A DNA stretch of 64,000 nucleotides from Camelus dromedarius (taxonomy: Eukaryota), in assembly GCF_036321535.1 (NCBI RefSeq), contig NC_087436.1, positions 46,130,001 through 46,194,000 on the forward strand. Direction: 5' to 3'. The position numbers and the translations under genes are program-made. Below, piece after piece: positions 12,714 to 26,324 of this stretch (the first letter of the stretch is position 1; each line of letters starts with the position of its first letter). Below the pieces are notes generated by a model. That model was not told the origin of the DNA. It made no database searches and saw only the letters and a list, made by a program, of their open reading frames with translations.

Positions 12714-15700
12714 ACACCATTTGTTTGCAACAGGGGCAGCCATGGAACAAGGGAAGTATTTCAAGATGTATGAGTGACTTGCTCCCTGTTCCCCAACAGT
12801 GCCTGGACTGGAGCTCAGGTCACCCTGTTCCTGTCTGCTACCCTGTGGCCTTGCATGTGGATTCATAGCTGGAGTTGGGCTGATTGTCTATTCCCTACTG
12901 ACACTTTTTAGACCCTGATGGAATTTCACCTCATGAGTTAGCTAAGCCCACTCTTTGATTTTAGACAAAAGTTGTGAGGTTATGTAAAATATTTTTATAT
13001 GGCACTTTTCTTCCAAAGAATTAGTTTGGTTTTTAAAAAATATGTTATAATCATTTCTTCCTGCTAATGATCTGATGAAAAGATAAACATGTTTTGAAAT
13101 ACAATTTAAACACTGAAGCAAAATCTCTTCAGGATATAAATATTTTCAAAATATATTAGCTATTAATAGTCTATGAATATGCATAGCACACAAAAGCATT
13201 TTCTTTCCTACCATAGGGAAAAAAAGCCTATACTCATGACATATATAATTATACATATTTACTTTTTATTTATGAGAAATAGACTTAATTTACTGATAGA
13301 ATATTTCTATAAATTATAAATGAATATCTCTCTTCTTTTATCATTCTTTTTTTGGGGAGAAGGAGGTTTAATTAAAACATAAAATCCACACCCCATGATT
13401 TGAATAAGAAAACAATTCCTAAGAATACGTGTAATGGCTGTTCATAGTCCTGCACAGCTGTTATTTTATTTAAATATCACAATTTTAAAGAGACACCGTC
13501 ATCCTGGGACATGTGATGCACGCGTGCATGGTGGATAGCTGCTCTAGAAAGACTCAAGGCAAATCCCACTTTTATGGCTCTAGTTTTTAAATCCCAGGAA
13601 GACTTTAGAGAAGGAGACTGACAAGAGGGACAGGTGGATATTGGCTCCAACTTGGTGACAAGTTTTCAACCTCAGCTGCATTCTTACAACAGGGGAGTGA
13701 AGAGCAGCTGGCAGCCTGTGAGCCCCTGTTCTACAGATGGAATTCTTGTGGCAGAGAGAGGAATGTTCTCTCTGGCTCCCCGTGCTTTATGAACAAAGAG
13801 CACAACTTAAGAGATTGAAGCTACTGTTTGATCTAAATGGTGGCGCTTTATTCCTCCTTCCCACCCTCCCATCTTTCGTATTACAGTCAGTCCTGGTGAT
13901 TTGTGTTTGGAAAAGAATATAAAGTTTCCCAAGTTATCGTTAGTCAGGCATTTCTCTGAACTCAATATGTTCCTCTAAAGGCCCACCCCTCCCATTTGTG
14001 AGGTTTGGGATAAGAATAGAAATGAAGGCCCACACATCATGTATCTAAATGTTTATCAGTTATAAATCAAGTTAACAAACTGTTAAATAGGTGATGTTCT
14101 TGCTCCTAACCTGGACTTTCCTACCAGAGCATGGACGTGTGAAGGAAGTTAGTGCCCTTCTTCTCCCATCACTGGCTCTGGTCCGTACAGCTGGGGGATT
14201 CCTGTGCTCGTGTGTGGATGCCCCAACTCACACATCTAGGCTCCATCCACACCTCCTTGCTGATAGCTGCCCCTTGGCCACCTTAGGCCTAGGAATTCTG
14301 GAAGCAGGTTGAGGACTCTTTGGGCTTGGAGTTCTGTGGTCCTAGAATTCAGAAAGTGGTCCAGAGGAAAGCTTAGGCTCTGAGGGGACACATCCCCTTC
14401 CTCTGTGATACAGGGATGGGGAGGACTGGAGAGAGCCAGAGTAGGGCCCTCTTCAGCACAAAGCTTTGGACAAGGGGCCTTTTACCTGGGTCTAAGGACA
14501 AGTCTTTTCTTTGGAACCTCAAAGTATCTAGTATTGTTCCCTCTATGGCCAGACAAGGAGGAAGACATTGTGGTTCACTTCTCAGCTCTCCATTTAATTA
14601 AGAATGGTTAAAGCCAGTAGTTATTTATCTGGTGTTTATGGCCCATCTGGTCTCAAACTGGAAACACTTTCACTAAGGACAAGGTAAACTCTTTACTGCT
14701 GCACATAAAATATGAAACCTGGTGGTTCGACATGGGGGTCATTCCTCCCCTGCATTTCTACAGCCTCTGGAAGAGTGGCTGCAAACGTGGGACAACCTCT
14801 TTCCTGTTAGTTATACTTGACAGGACTTTGGTCTGAGAGGTCACTGGCATCCCTTATTCTAAAATCGTATCAATTAAAGGGAACTTGGAAAAGCTTTTCA
14901 CTTTATGGTTACCCTAAATGCACAATAAACTAGCAAAGGGGCCAGCAGCAGACACAAGAGTTCTACCTGTGCTTAGAAATCAGTGAAATACAGGTTTTGA
15001 TAGAACACAGAACACAGAAGCAGAGAGATCTGAATGATACTGTCTCTTGGTATATCCAGTAGATCTTTAAAAGGAAACGCACAGGAAGGAATCCCCATTT
15101 GCATTATTCACACAGAATCACACATAAATTAGTGGCACGATGTAGGTGAAAAACCCTGCATGGTGCTAGTAGGAAAGCTAATGTTTCATAGATTTTTACT
15201 TTAAGGTCCAGGGGGACCCAGCCAAGTGGAAAAATAGTTGAGTTATGGTGGAAACCAGTCACCTTGTTAAAACTGAACCACCAGGTGTTTAGGAAAAGAA
15301 TAGTATGAGAGACTGGTTTCTTTTCCTGCTGAGCACAACCATTCACTGTGAACAGAGAAAAAGAATCTCTGTCACAAGCATAGAGGAAGATAAAAATTTG
15401 TGGATTTGAATGTTTAAAAACTAACCTATGTCACAGGTCCATTCTGGGTTTCATGATATGGTCAAGGAAAGCTGCATTTTGGGCTACGGTTATGCTATAT
15501 TCCTTGGAACAATCTTATTTAATTTAAGGTATTCATTTCAGCACAGAATCTATAGCAATTCAAACTAGGATCAGTTTGCATAGGTGTAGGATATATTCAC
15601 TTTTCCTATTTGATATTTCTCCCCTAAAGAAAAGTGAATTAAAAAAAAAAAAATAAAGAATGGATACAGATCACTCTCCTCCCGAAAATAAAAACCTTTT

Positions 15701-15859
15701 GTGAATGTTGTGACAGTGGATAAGAGAGGTTTAGAGTAAAATATCACAGATCTTGGCTTTAAAAGAATAGTATTTACCAAAAATACTGACAAAATTCGAA
15801 CTGAAAAGTACAAAGAATGTTTATATTCATAGATATGAAATAAATACTCATGAGTGGTT

Positions 15860-16705
15860 TCCTTTAGGGAGAAGAAAACCCCGTATGACCTGATCCCTCC
15901 CTGCCCATCCAGCCTCATCTCCCAGATCGCTCTGCTCTGGGCGGATCACGTGTTACCTAACCTTCTCTCTGATCCTCCCACACTGCTCCTTTCTCCCTCC
16001 CGCACAAAGTCTCATTTTCTTTGTTCTCTCGCCTAACCCTTTCTCCTTTCAGTCTCAACTTCAATGTTTTCCCAGGGACCTTTCTCCATTGTACCAGTCT
16101 GGTAGCTGTTCCTATTAAACACTTAGACGAAACGCTGTAGCTTTCCTCCTGTGCAGAGATAAATGTCTCTACCACAGGATGATCCCCCACCTTTTCTCTC
16201 TCAACTGCTAAAGCGTTTGTTTCTTCCACTTCCCCCATCTAGGGGGATTTAGAAATACTATGGGGGGAAAGCAGAAGTGGAGAAGACAACAGGGAGGTGA
16301 GAAATGGGGCACAAGCAGAAATAAAGGACCCACGTGGCCTCAGGCTGGGGGCTGATGTTTTGTGGCTTTCAGGAATGAGGCAGGTGACAGAAGAGAGGGA
16401 ACTTGTGGACATATTGCTGAAGATAAGTATTTCCTCCCCATTGTTATGCTGGAATTACCTGTTAGTTCCTGGACTATGTTCTTTGCAACCACGCTGACTG
16501 GATCACACGTGTTCCTGATGTGAGCGACACTTCTTATGGTGTATAGCTGTTTGTGTAATTGTTTTATGCTTTTCTCTTCCTCCTCACCCACAAGACCAAT
16601 GGGCAGGGCTCATGTCTGTGTTGTTCAGAGCTAAATTCCCAGTGCCTAGGACAAGGCCTGGCCCATGGTAAACACTCAGTGAGTGGTAACCGAATACATG
16701 AATGT
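15860..16705 (+). mobile_element. LINE-2 fragments (patchy)
   Basis: atgacctgatccctccctgcccatccagcctcatctccc near 15890; gggctcatgtctgtgttgttcagagctaaattcccagtgcctaggacaaggcctggcccatggtaaacactcagt (L2 3' end) near 16610-16680. Confidence 0.6.
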
Positions 16706-17904
16706 GTCAACCCATTGTTTTAGATTTCTTATCTCTAAATCTCCCCCTTGGCCTCAGTGACAAAATTCTGCTTTCCTCAGCCAAAGTTTTCAACATGTTC
16801 TGAGATGGTTTCCAAATGCCTGCCATTAGAAACTTTTAAAATAAGCTATTTTTTTTTTCTGTCTCACCACCTTCCAATGATATTAAAATGTACAGGGATT
16901 GAAAATTAATATGATTCTTATAATTGAAATGAAACTCACTAAATTCTTATATTCTTCTCAAAGTATTAAAATATGTACTGAAAGAATCCTATCTTGGGAC
17001 ACTTGTTAGCTAAGAGTTTCTCTCTATTGAAGAGAAAGAAAAAGCTGGGGAGTATTCATCATAGCTGTCGCTTACTGAGAACTTACTGCAGGCTTAGCAG
17101 AGAAGTATTTGCTAAAGGATGTGCACAGGCTACATCCTTTGAACACAAAAACAATATTCTGAGGTACGCATTAGTTCCTGACTTTTACCAATCAGGAGAC
17201 TAAGGTTGAGTGGCTTGCCTGGGCCTCCTAAGTTAGAAAATAGTGGATCTGAGGTTCAAACTGAGGTCTGCTGGTTCCAAAGTTTCATGCTGGTGAGCAA
17301 CAACATTCATTTTATAATTTTGAGGAATAAGCTGCCTAATTGATTAATAAGAGTTAAGTGAGCTTGCAATTATAACAGCAAGTCTCATTTCACTGTCCTG
17401 CTCTGCCTTCCCTTTTCCAGAGATCACCTCCACTCATCCTGCCTCCAGTCTGCAGTGTCAACTCTGGAACTTTCCTCCTATTTACTACATGGCTAGATAA
17501 GGATGATGTGTAGTTAATGAACCTCACCAGGAGTTTTATGGTAGCCGGGTAAATTGGCAGGAGTCCAAAACAATACAAAAACCGCACTTTCATCCAGCAA
17601 TTTCTGGTTGTCACTTTGGTCTACCAGCTACTCCGCTGAACCAATGAACTGTTAGCTTCTATTTTTGCTAAAAATCCACTTTGGCTTTTGCAATTTCATC
17701 CTCTGTATAATTAGCTCTCTGTGTTCATCTAGATGATCTAGAAAATTTTTTCCCCATGGAAAGGATCACCCCATCCTCTTCTTAAAGACTCAGGAACAAA
17801 ATATATACATTGAAGGCAGCCATAAACTGGTCCTTGGAAAAAACTGGCTTATTATTTTATGAACACACACACTACACATGCACACACACACACAGACACA
17901 CACA

Positions 17905-18116
17905 CAAGTCAAGTCTTGTTATTTGTGGTAGTTTTGTCCTATCAGGTCATCACAAACACTCAGTTAGTGAATACTGAACCAAAGGGAAATATAGGGCTAG
18001 GTTTCTGGGAGCCTCTGGTCACATTTTCATCAATCAAGCAATACTTAACTTTGTTTTCTGTGTGTTTCTGTTTAAAGATGCTTTATTTAAGATGAGTCAA
18101 TTTATTAACATTCAAC
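17905..18116. mobile_element. MER82-like TcMar-Tigger fossil
   Basis: gttatttgtggtagttttgtcctat...aacactcagttagtgaatactgaacc...ggaaatatagggctaggtttctgggagcctctggtcaca matches the recalled MER82 start. Confidence 0.7.
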
Positions 18117-18874
18117 TATTTACCTTCATCTGGTAGTCAAGAGTGTGATTTCTTTTCACATTACTTGGTCTTCTTTTGACATGCACAAGGAAACAAATGT
18201 TAAGGAATCTCGACAGGTGGGTTTTAGTGCTTGGGACAGAGAAAATAAGCATATGACTAGGCCCAAGGAGTGGTAGTGAGAGTGGCCTGGAGAGCTGGAG
18301 GAAAGAGGCCTGAGTAGGGATTTTTCACACGACTTAGCACATTTTCCATATTTGACCCTCACCACCACTCAATGGCTTAGCTAAAAAGAGATGATCTCTT
18401 TTTGAAAAAGTTTATTTGTAAACAAAATGAAACTGAGGCCCAGATAGGGTTAAGTAACTTACTAAGACAGAATGGCTCAGTAGGCTAGGCCAAGAACAGG
18501 AAATAGTAGATCTTCCCCATAATTATTGTGTGGCTAAGGGCAGACCACTCTGCTATCTGTGGCTCATCTCCTTTTCCTCCTTGTGGTGTAAAAGAGTCTG
18601 AGAAACACACATTGAAAAGTTCTAGAAATCCCTTAAAAATATTTTGCATAAAATATTAGTAACCCAGCCTTCTAGTCCTCTGGCTAGGCTCAGCTGAGGT
18701 TTATTTCTCTTTCTGTCACCTGAGCCAAAAGCAATGAGAAAGGCAGGAGGTGACCTGGGAGAGACTGATGTTGAGGAATGTCAGATGGAACCAGGGCTGG
18801 AGTGTGTTCAGACACAGCCTCACACTCTTCCAAGAACCTCTGCTCCTTCCGATGCCTGGATTCTGCTATGAGAG

Positions 18875-18989
18875 TGAGCAACCTTTCCTGTTTGTCTGGG
18901 ACTGGGGGAGGGGGGCTGCCCAGGATGTGGGGCTTCTATTGCTAAAACCAGGAAAGTCCTAAGAAAATCAGAGTGAGCTGGTCACCCTA
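18875..18989. mobile_element. MER81-like hAT-Blackjack MITE
   Basis: cctgtttgtctgggactg...gctaaaaccaggaaagtcc...gagctggtcaccta-like end; about 115 bp. Confidence 0.65.
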
Positions 18990-19095
18990 CTCAGTGTTCT
19001 CTCTCTCTCTTTCTTTTTACACAAGCTAGTTGTGTTTTCGTTTTCTCTCCAACTTTGAAAAAGATCAGTGTTTTTTCATTAAGAACCACATTCAA

Positions 19096-19507
19096 ACCTA
19101 GAGATTATCATATTGAATGAAATAAGTCAGACAGAGAAGGACAAATATCATATGATATTACTTTTATGTGGAATCTTAAAAAAAATGATACAAATTCTAT
19201 TTTATAAGCCAAAAACAGCCTCATGGACATAGAAAACAAACTATGGTTACCGAAGAGGAAAGGGCGGAGAGTGATAAATTAGGGATTGGGGATTAACAGA
19301 CACATATTACTATACATAAAACAGATAAACAACAAGGATCTACTGTATAGCACAGGGAACTATACTAAATTTCTTGTAATAACATATAATGGAAAATAAT
19401 CTGAAAAGTTAAAAAGTATGTATGTATATGTATAACTGAATCACTTTGCTGTACACCTAAAACTAATATTGTAAATCAACTACACTTCAATAAAAAAATT
19501 TTGAAAA
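19096..19507 (+). mobile_element. 5'-truncated LINE-1 with perfect 15-bp TSD
   Basis: ORF2 end plus 3' UTR, flanked by AAGAACCACATTCAA at 19081-19095 and 19508-19522. Confidence 0.93.
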
Positions 19508-21117
19508 AAGAACCACATTCAAGAGTTGACTTGCATTTAGGGGCTATTGTATGAAAAACATGTATCTTAGATAACAGACTTATACTTAAAAAGGTGGGAT
19601 GCTTACATTTTAAGAGTGTCAAGAACAGAATGTGGCCTAGGAAACAGCAGATCTTATTCAACTCAAGCTTACACAGGGTTATAAATTCACTGAGAGGAAT
19701 GGACACAGAACTGCAGGCATTGTTTAAATTATTTATCTTTTCACGATCCCCACCCCTTACTTCACAAGCATGTATAATTAAATTCACATAATTTAAATCC
19801 CTCTACTGAAAGAGGCATCTGGATGTAGAAAAAGACTGATCTAGCAGTCAAAGACCTCAGGGAATGTGGAGAGTGGCTTGGAGGTGAGCAGTTGTTAAAA
19901 ACAAGTGTGGCACAATATGATAGGACACTTCCAATCACAGTTTTGGCTGAGGCTGCAAAGGCTGAGAACGAAACAGTACATGGCCAGTCACAACCATGAG
20001 CTGAGGAGGGTAGTGAACTGTCCCTTCAGGACATGCTACATGATGGAGGGCAAAGAAGCTGGGAGAAAAGATTTTTGGGGAGAGGCCTGAGGTATAAGTA
20101 ATCAGTTCTCCCATGGGAGAAGGGAGCAGGTGTGTTTGGGCTGTACACATTCACACCACAATCTATCTAAGAGAGACTTCAAGGAGCCCACCTGGAAACT
20201 TGCCCCTTGAAGTTGAGGATGCATGTGTGCTGATACTGACACACAACTGAGAAGACTAAAAGGAAGAGCCATGTACTTTCACTTACTGCAAGGAAAGGAC
20301 TCAGGAGTTTTTCTCTGAAGCACGTGAATCCATTGGGATTGGGGACAGGGGAGTAGACTCAGCCTGAAATCAACTCAAAGTCATCTTGCCAAGAAGGTTA
20401 CTTGGAGAGTGATGAAACCCCAGTAGAAGAGTCTGGAGTGTACTGGCAAGTGCTCAGGGGATTAGAGTTGGGGTTATTAGTGACCAGCAGAGAAAAAGTC
20501 CTCTTCCTTTAAAAAATGTAGACTCTGAGAAAACTTCAAAACTACTCCGCTAGAGAAAGCTGCAGCTCTAATCAACTGCCAAGCTCAGAGTGTTTCAATG
20601 TCAGATCACAACTGCTCCAGCCATCATAACCATCACTGTGGGCTTTCCCATAATACCCTCCCCCCAGTACAGACTTCAGAAAAGTCAAGGATGCTGACAG
20701 GATGCTGGGACAGGAGGAAGTGAAATTGGGAGGGAGACCAAAAACTGACCCTTCACATTCTCTCCCACTCCATCCACCACACAAAGCCTTCCAGGTCTAA
20801 AGGGTTTTGAACTGGTAGAGGAAAGTCTCTGTATTAGACAAAAGTTGGACATTTTGATGATTTCACACTACTGGATCTCTTAATTATCCAAATACAGCTT
20901 CTTGGGACAATGATTGGAGTCAGGAAGAAAATGATGGAAACATTATAGGACCAGTTCATGATTTCATCCAAAGGATAGGAAGAAACTAGTTCTTAGATTG
21001 GATTTAAAGGGACTGTGTGTGTGTCTCTGGGTGTGTATGTCTGTCTGGCTTTGTGTGTGTGTGAGAGAGTGACAGAGAGACAGAGAGAAACCCTGCTAAG
21101 TTCAGCCTGTTTAACAA

Positions 21118-21355
21118 CAGCTGACATTTATATAGTGCTTATTATGTGCCTGGCACTGCTCTGTTTCATGTGATAAGTCATTTAATGCTCATAGAAAGTC
21201 TATGAAATAGGTACTATTATTTCTTTCATTTTACAGAGGAGGAACTTGAGACCCAGAGAGGTTAAATAATTTGCCAAGGTCACATACCCAATAAATAGAG
21301 AAGATGGGGTTTAAACCCAGAGGTATAGTTCAAAAGTTCATATCCTAATCACAAT
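21118..21355 (-). mobile_element. MIR SINE
   Basis: agctgacatttatatagtgcttattatgtgcctggcactg...cattttacagaggaggaacttgagacccagagaggttaaataatttgccaaggtcaca. Confidence 0.85.
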
Positions 21356-21615
21356 ATGCTTCACTTGTTCTCTGAGAAAATTATTACAAAAAGTTACTGT
21401 AGGACTCATAGGAAAAGGGTTTCTGAATGAGCAAGTTAGAGCAATGGTCTGGAAGCACCTCTTTTGTAGTAGTAGGGTGCCAGTGGCCAGCACTTTGGAA
21501 CTCTAACTGGAACTTGAGTGAAAGGTCATTCTGGGGCTGCTGTAGGTTTTCACCCCCAGAGGACTCTCAGTAGACCGGGGAGGGGTCTGCCATTTCTTTC
21601 TTTCTTTCTTTTTTT

Positions 21616-21948
21616 AAAGAAAGGCAACCTGCCACATGCAGTGCCTCATTTGGATGTGTCTGGAGTCTTGGAAGCTTGACTACCCTATGTTCTCCTACAA
21701 ATGGACCCTGAGAGCTTGTTTCGAGGTTCTGGCAGGGGAGCACAGCTACTCATAAACCCTTGACGGAGAAGAACGGTCCTCCCCTATCGGGGATGGTCAT
21801 CTTCTTCCACCCAGAGCGCAGCTTCTGGAGAGATGCACGTGGAGTGGGGAGGGAGGAAAGGGACACCCGCCTAGCCAGCCAGATCAGCCAAATCAACCCT
21901 GGCGATCAATGGGGTGACAGATGTCACAGCCAGATCGCCCTCACATCC
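21616..21948 (-). pseudogene. RN7SKP: Full-length retroposed 7SK snRNA pseudogene
   Basis: The minus strand reads GGATGTGAGGGCGATCTGGCTGTGACATCTGTCACCCCATTGATCGCCAGGGTTGATTTGGCTGATCTGGCTGGCTAGGCGGGTGTCCC...CAAGCTTCCAAGACTCCAGACACATCCAAATGAGGCACTGCATGTGGCAGGTTGCCTTTCTTT, which is 7SK with many substitutions. A/GAAA tail at 21598-21615; 15-bp TSD gggtctgccatttct (21583-21597) / gggcctgtcatttct (21949-21963). Confidence 0.97.
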
Positions 21949-23711
21949 GGGCCTGTCATTTCTGACCAATAGAGAAGACTTTCTTAGATAAGGGTCCACT
22001 GAAGTTTTTTTCTGTTTGAATATTACCTATTCTATCTTTTCCCCTTTTGAATTATTTTGCTTCTGCTTTGGCCCCCACCATCTGAGCCCTTTTCTCTCTT
22101 GAGTCATCAGAGGACTAATGTTAAAAGCCATTTTAACATTATGATCCTCCTTCAACTCCAAGACTGAACCTAAACGCTTTTCTGATAAGTAAGTACTAAG
22201 TACCATACTTAGTGCCTAATGCTCAACTTTGTATGCAAGGACTCCAGATATCGCAGCTTCAGAATGTGCCCCAAACTGATTAATTATTCTAATAAAGGAC
22301 ATATTTCCATAATAAATTAGACATCATGGAGAATATATTAATGAAAAAATCTGTAGATGCATTATTGCAGAGTTAAAATTTTCCAACCTTGAAAGCCAGT
22401 GAATACAAAGTCATGAACTCTATTACTCTCTCATACTTTTTAATATCACTACAACATAAAGAAGATTATTTTATTGCATCCATGCAAAATTTAATGTCAA
22501 AATAATGACGTTGCACTGAGGCTTACAGCAGGAAAACTAATGAACTTGAAAGCTTTTTCCTTATTCCATTCATTCTGGCCATTCTACCTGAAGTGCCTCA
22601 CCCCATCCTGCCAGTCAGCTGTGAGAAGAAGGTGGCTGAAAACAGGAATCAGAGAAAGAAAAGAAGACTGGGAAGTCAAATCAAAGTCACTTGGGAGGGG
22701 GCTGGGTTCTCCTTCTTTTCCACTCTAGCCTCTCATCTTCCCACTTGGAGTCGTGCTCTTAGGAGAGTAAAACTGGGATAGTTTCAATATGAAATTCAAG
22801 TTTTTCCAAGTTAATTTTTACTTTTATCAAACTAACATATGTACATAGTTAAAATGCAAATGATATGAAATCCCACATAAAACTCTAAACTGAGTCTTAA
22901 AAAATTTAATTGGTTATAAAACAGGGTGGCAGTATTGTGCAGGTAACAAAATAATTAGGATGAGTCTAGACAGAGCAGAGGAACCAATCACCTTTATTCA
23001 ATTACATTGGAATTCATGTTTTTGTGGGGTGTGTCATCAGTGGGTTTTCCCACAGTTCAGAAGGTCATAATTATAAGCAGCAATTCCCCTCTTATCCTAT
23101 TATACCCCTACTTCCAGAGTCCAGACATAATCTTCAACATTTTGAGCTGTTCCTGCCAGTATTGACAATTATATTTTCATATAATATTTCAGGATAAGGC
23201 AGATCAAATTATTGTGATATCTGAATATTATTCACTGAACAGCTAAGTAATAGACTATAATTTTGGCTCATTTTTGCATAATGTTTTTTAACTTTTACAT
23301 ATTCAGTTTATCACCTATTTATCCTCAATTCTTTACACATGTGCCATCAGACCGGTCATACAGAAATTTCACTTTCTAAATGTTCAAACAGATCAGAATG
23401 TCATCCTTTTATAATGTAAAGTTTAAGCTTACCTTTAGAGTAGCAATTCATCACTGGATTTGCTGTACTCTGGCGTTATGCCAAAAAAAATGAAGACAAC
23501 AGAGACTAATCAGTTTTAGTTTTATTCCATTAAATGATTGGAAAAACTCTATTGCTTAATGCATATTTTTACTACCTTAACCTAATTACTCTATATTTTT
23601 AATTTTTGAAGATAGAGTAAAAATTAAATTCTAGACTTGAGACATCATTCATTCATTTTTTTAAAACATGTTTTCATCATACAGTGTTCCAACACTTATT
23701 CAACTATTTTT

Positions 23712-23806
23712 CTTTCTTTAATTAATTAATGGAGGTACCAGGGATTGAGCCCAGGACCCTATACATGCTAAGCCCATGCTTTACCACTGAAGTATACCCA
23801 CCCCTT
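23712..23806 (-). mobile_element. tRNA-Ala-derived SINE (camelid Vic-1-like), short form
   Basis: tRNA-like head with A and B boxes; perfect 17-bp TSD CTTATTCAACTATTTTT (23695-23711, 23807-23823). Confidence 0.9.
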
Positions 23807-26324
23807 CTTATTCAACTATTTTTGACCTACCAAAATGGCAATTTCACATGAGTCAAATTCATGCTTTATGTCTGGCACTCCACTAAGCGCTTAGTCAGAA
23901 CAGTCTTTGCCAGTCCTTTACTTTACAAACGAGAAAGGAAAACAAAGCTGGCTTGTTAAGCCCATCGATAAAGCTATTATAAGAACAATAAAGAATAATA
24001 CATTTCTAAGAGCTAAACAAAAATATGATTGTTAGCACATGAATTGGAGGTGTAGCGTTACTTCCTGTGGATTTATAGTTCCTATGGCACTGTTTATTTT
24101 CCTGTTACTTTCCTGTTCTAAATTTGAACATGTTGCTAGAGTCCTATGTCATAGGTACTTTAAAAAATGAAAAAAACCTCCCTAAAGTGTAAACAAATAA
24201 AAACATTATGAAGTAGGAGAGTCTGAAAACATGCCTATTTATTTTCATGTTAAAGTGGAAAACTCTTTAGCCTCCTGGGTAAATATTCATTATCTTAATT
24301 GACTTCTGGCTAGTTAAGTATTCAGGAGGATAAAAAATAGTCTGTGGGTAAAATATATTTGCTGGGAACTACAGGACTGGAATGAAAGCAACATCTGAAT
24401 TTCACTCTGAAACCAGAAAATCTAATACAGTAATAATGATTTCGTCATGCTGGTTTTTCCAGGAATGATCAGTAGAAGAGGGGAAATCAAGTCCTACTTG
24501 GAACACTGGAGTTCAATAAAGAATAAAGTATAAGAGCTGAAAAAGAAATCAGAACTACATTAATTTGGAAGCACATGCTGGTAAGAGAAAGTCCAAACAG
24601 AGGAGTGTGAAGAGGAATGGAAAGAAACAAAACTGTTCCATTAAAAAGGTGTTTAAGGGGCTTATTCTTCCTCAGCGTGCATGCATATAAATTCCACTAG
24701 TGTTAATAGGAGCTAACTGCATGACTCAAGGGGAGAATAGAGTGACTTGTGTATATGTGGTTAAATGAAGTCTAGGAAAAGTCAATTAAAACCCACAAAT
24801 GATAGTTCAGGAGTCTAATAGACTTACAGATACCTGCCAGAGAGGCATTAATTTTAATCAATGGAATAATGTGTTTTTCTTTGGCTAAAAACAGAAGCTA
24901 TAGAAATGGCAAAGGGAAAATAAGCCCAAATTTAGCTCTCAAAATCACTGCTTAAAGTTAAAGGATATATTCTTGCACTCCAGATGGTAAAATTGACCCC
25001 TTGTGAAAGATTTAAAATTTTAAATATTCCAATATTCAAATTGGAATATTGAGTTAAATAAGGAATTTAAACCACTGCCCATTTTTTCCTAGCCTTCACG
25101 GTCAGAAAGAAGAGAAAGAAAGAGAAAGAGAGACAGAGACAGAGTCAGAGAGAAAGATTCATTTACACAGAAACAAAACTCTGGCCTTTGGTTATTTACG
25201 AAAGGAAGCATAATCAAACCAGATTTTTGAGAAAATGCATAATGGTATACAAACTAGTAGATGGAAATCTTAATCAAGGGAGAAATTGTGGCTGGAAGAA
25301 AACTTGCAAATACTTTGCTGTAGTTCAAGTGAATAATAAAATTCTTTATCCAGAAGAGAGAGAAAACTAAGGATATTTTTTCTTTATAGAAAAAAGTTAG
25401 GGGTTACAAATAAAGGTTTTCTTTATGAATATTTACTACTTATGTCCTGTAAGCCAAAAGTTATTTGAAACCAGGCATGTTGTAATGCTCTACTTTATTC
25501 CTCATGACTCTGTGAGTATTAAATAGGTGCTCTAACATTTAAGCAAAGAAGAATAAATGAACATGAAGGTGGATCTGAAAAGAAAATAAGGTCTTACCTG
25601 AAGTGTTTTCTTTGAAATGTCTTCTCTTTCTTCTGCTTTTGGAAAAAGTTGAATTTAGCACTGAGAAATGCTTTAGATGGAAATCAACTACGTAAAAATG
25701 GATGTGATCTCTTTTCTAGTAAAAGGAACTACATTTAGGAAGAAGAATGTGAATGAATTCTCTTTCAGTTAAGTTTAATAAGAAGCAGATCTTAGAGGGA
25801 CTTGATATCATTCACTTACATTAAGCTTTAATCCTTCCCTCTGTAGCTCCGGTATTATGGTGCTGAAGTCATACTTCTTGTCGTAAAGCAGTAAGTCTCT
25901 AATATTGCCATCTCCTCCCCATCCACTTTACTTTTAATCATTTCAAAGTGTTCTTTATATTTTAGCATCTAATACAGCAATATTCTTGAAATAAAAGGTT
26001 TATAAAATTTGCACGTTCACAGCACTAGCACCAGATGTATATACATGACTTTGTTTAATCAACCAGCTCCAAGTTAGGAAAAGTTAAATATGGGAAGTCT
26101 AAGAAGACTAACAGTGCAATATCATTTCTTTACATATAAGGTGATACCAGACCCATGAGTTGTGAATTTAGTTTTGATGTAAATACTAACTAGTACAGTG
26201 ATGCTGCTAAGATGGGGCTACTGGGGGTGCAGGGATAGAGGGTGTGATGGGAAGCTGAAAGCTATCTCAGTGCAGTGGGAGGTGGGTGAACTGGGCAGCA
26301 CAAATTTAAAGGGAATTAAAAAGG

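Noticed and set aside
21616..21948. Functional 7SK gene
   Set aside because: Many substitutions relative to the highly conserved 7SK, a poly(A)-derived tail and a TSD; the TSD directly abuts the 5' end, so no native promoter came with the copy.
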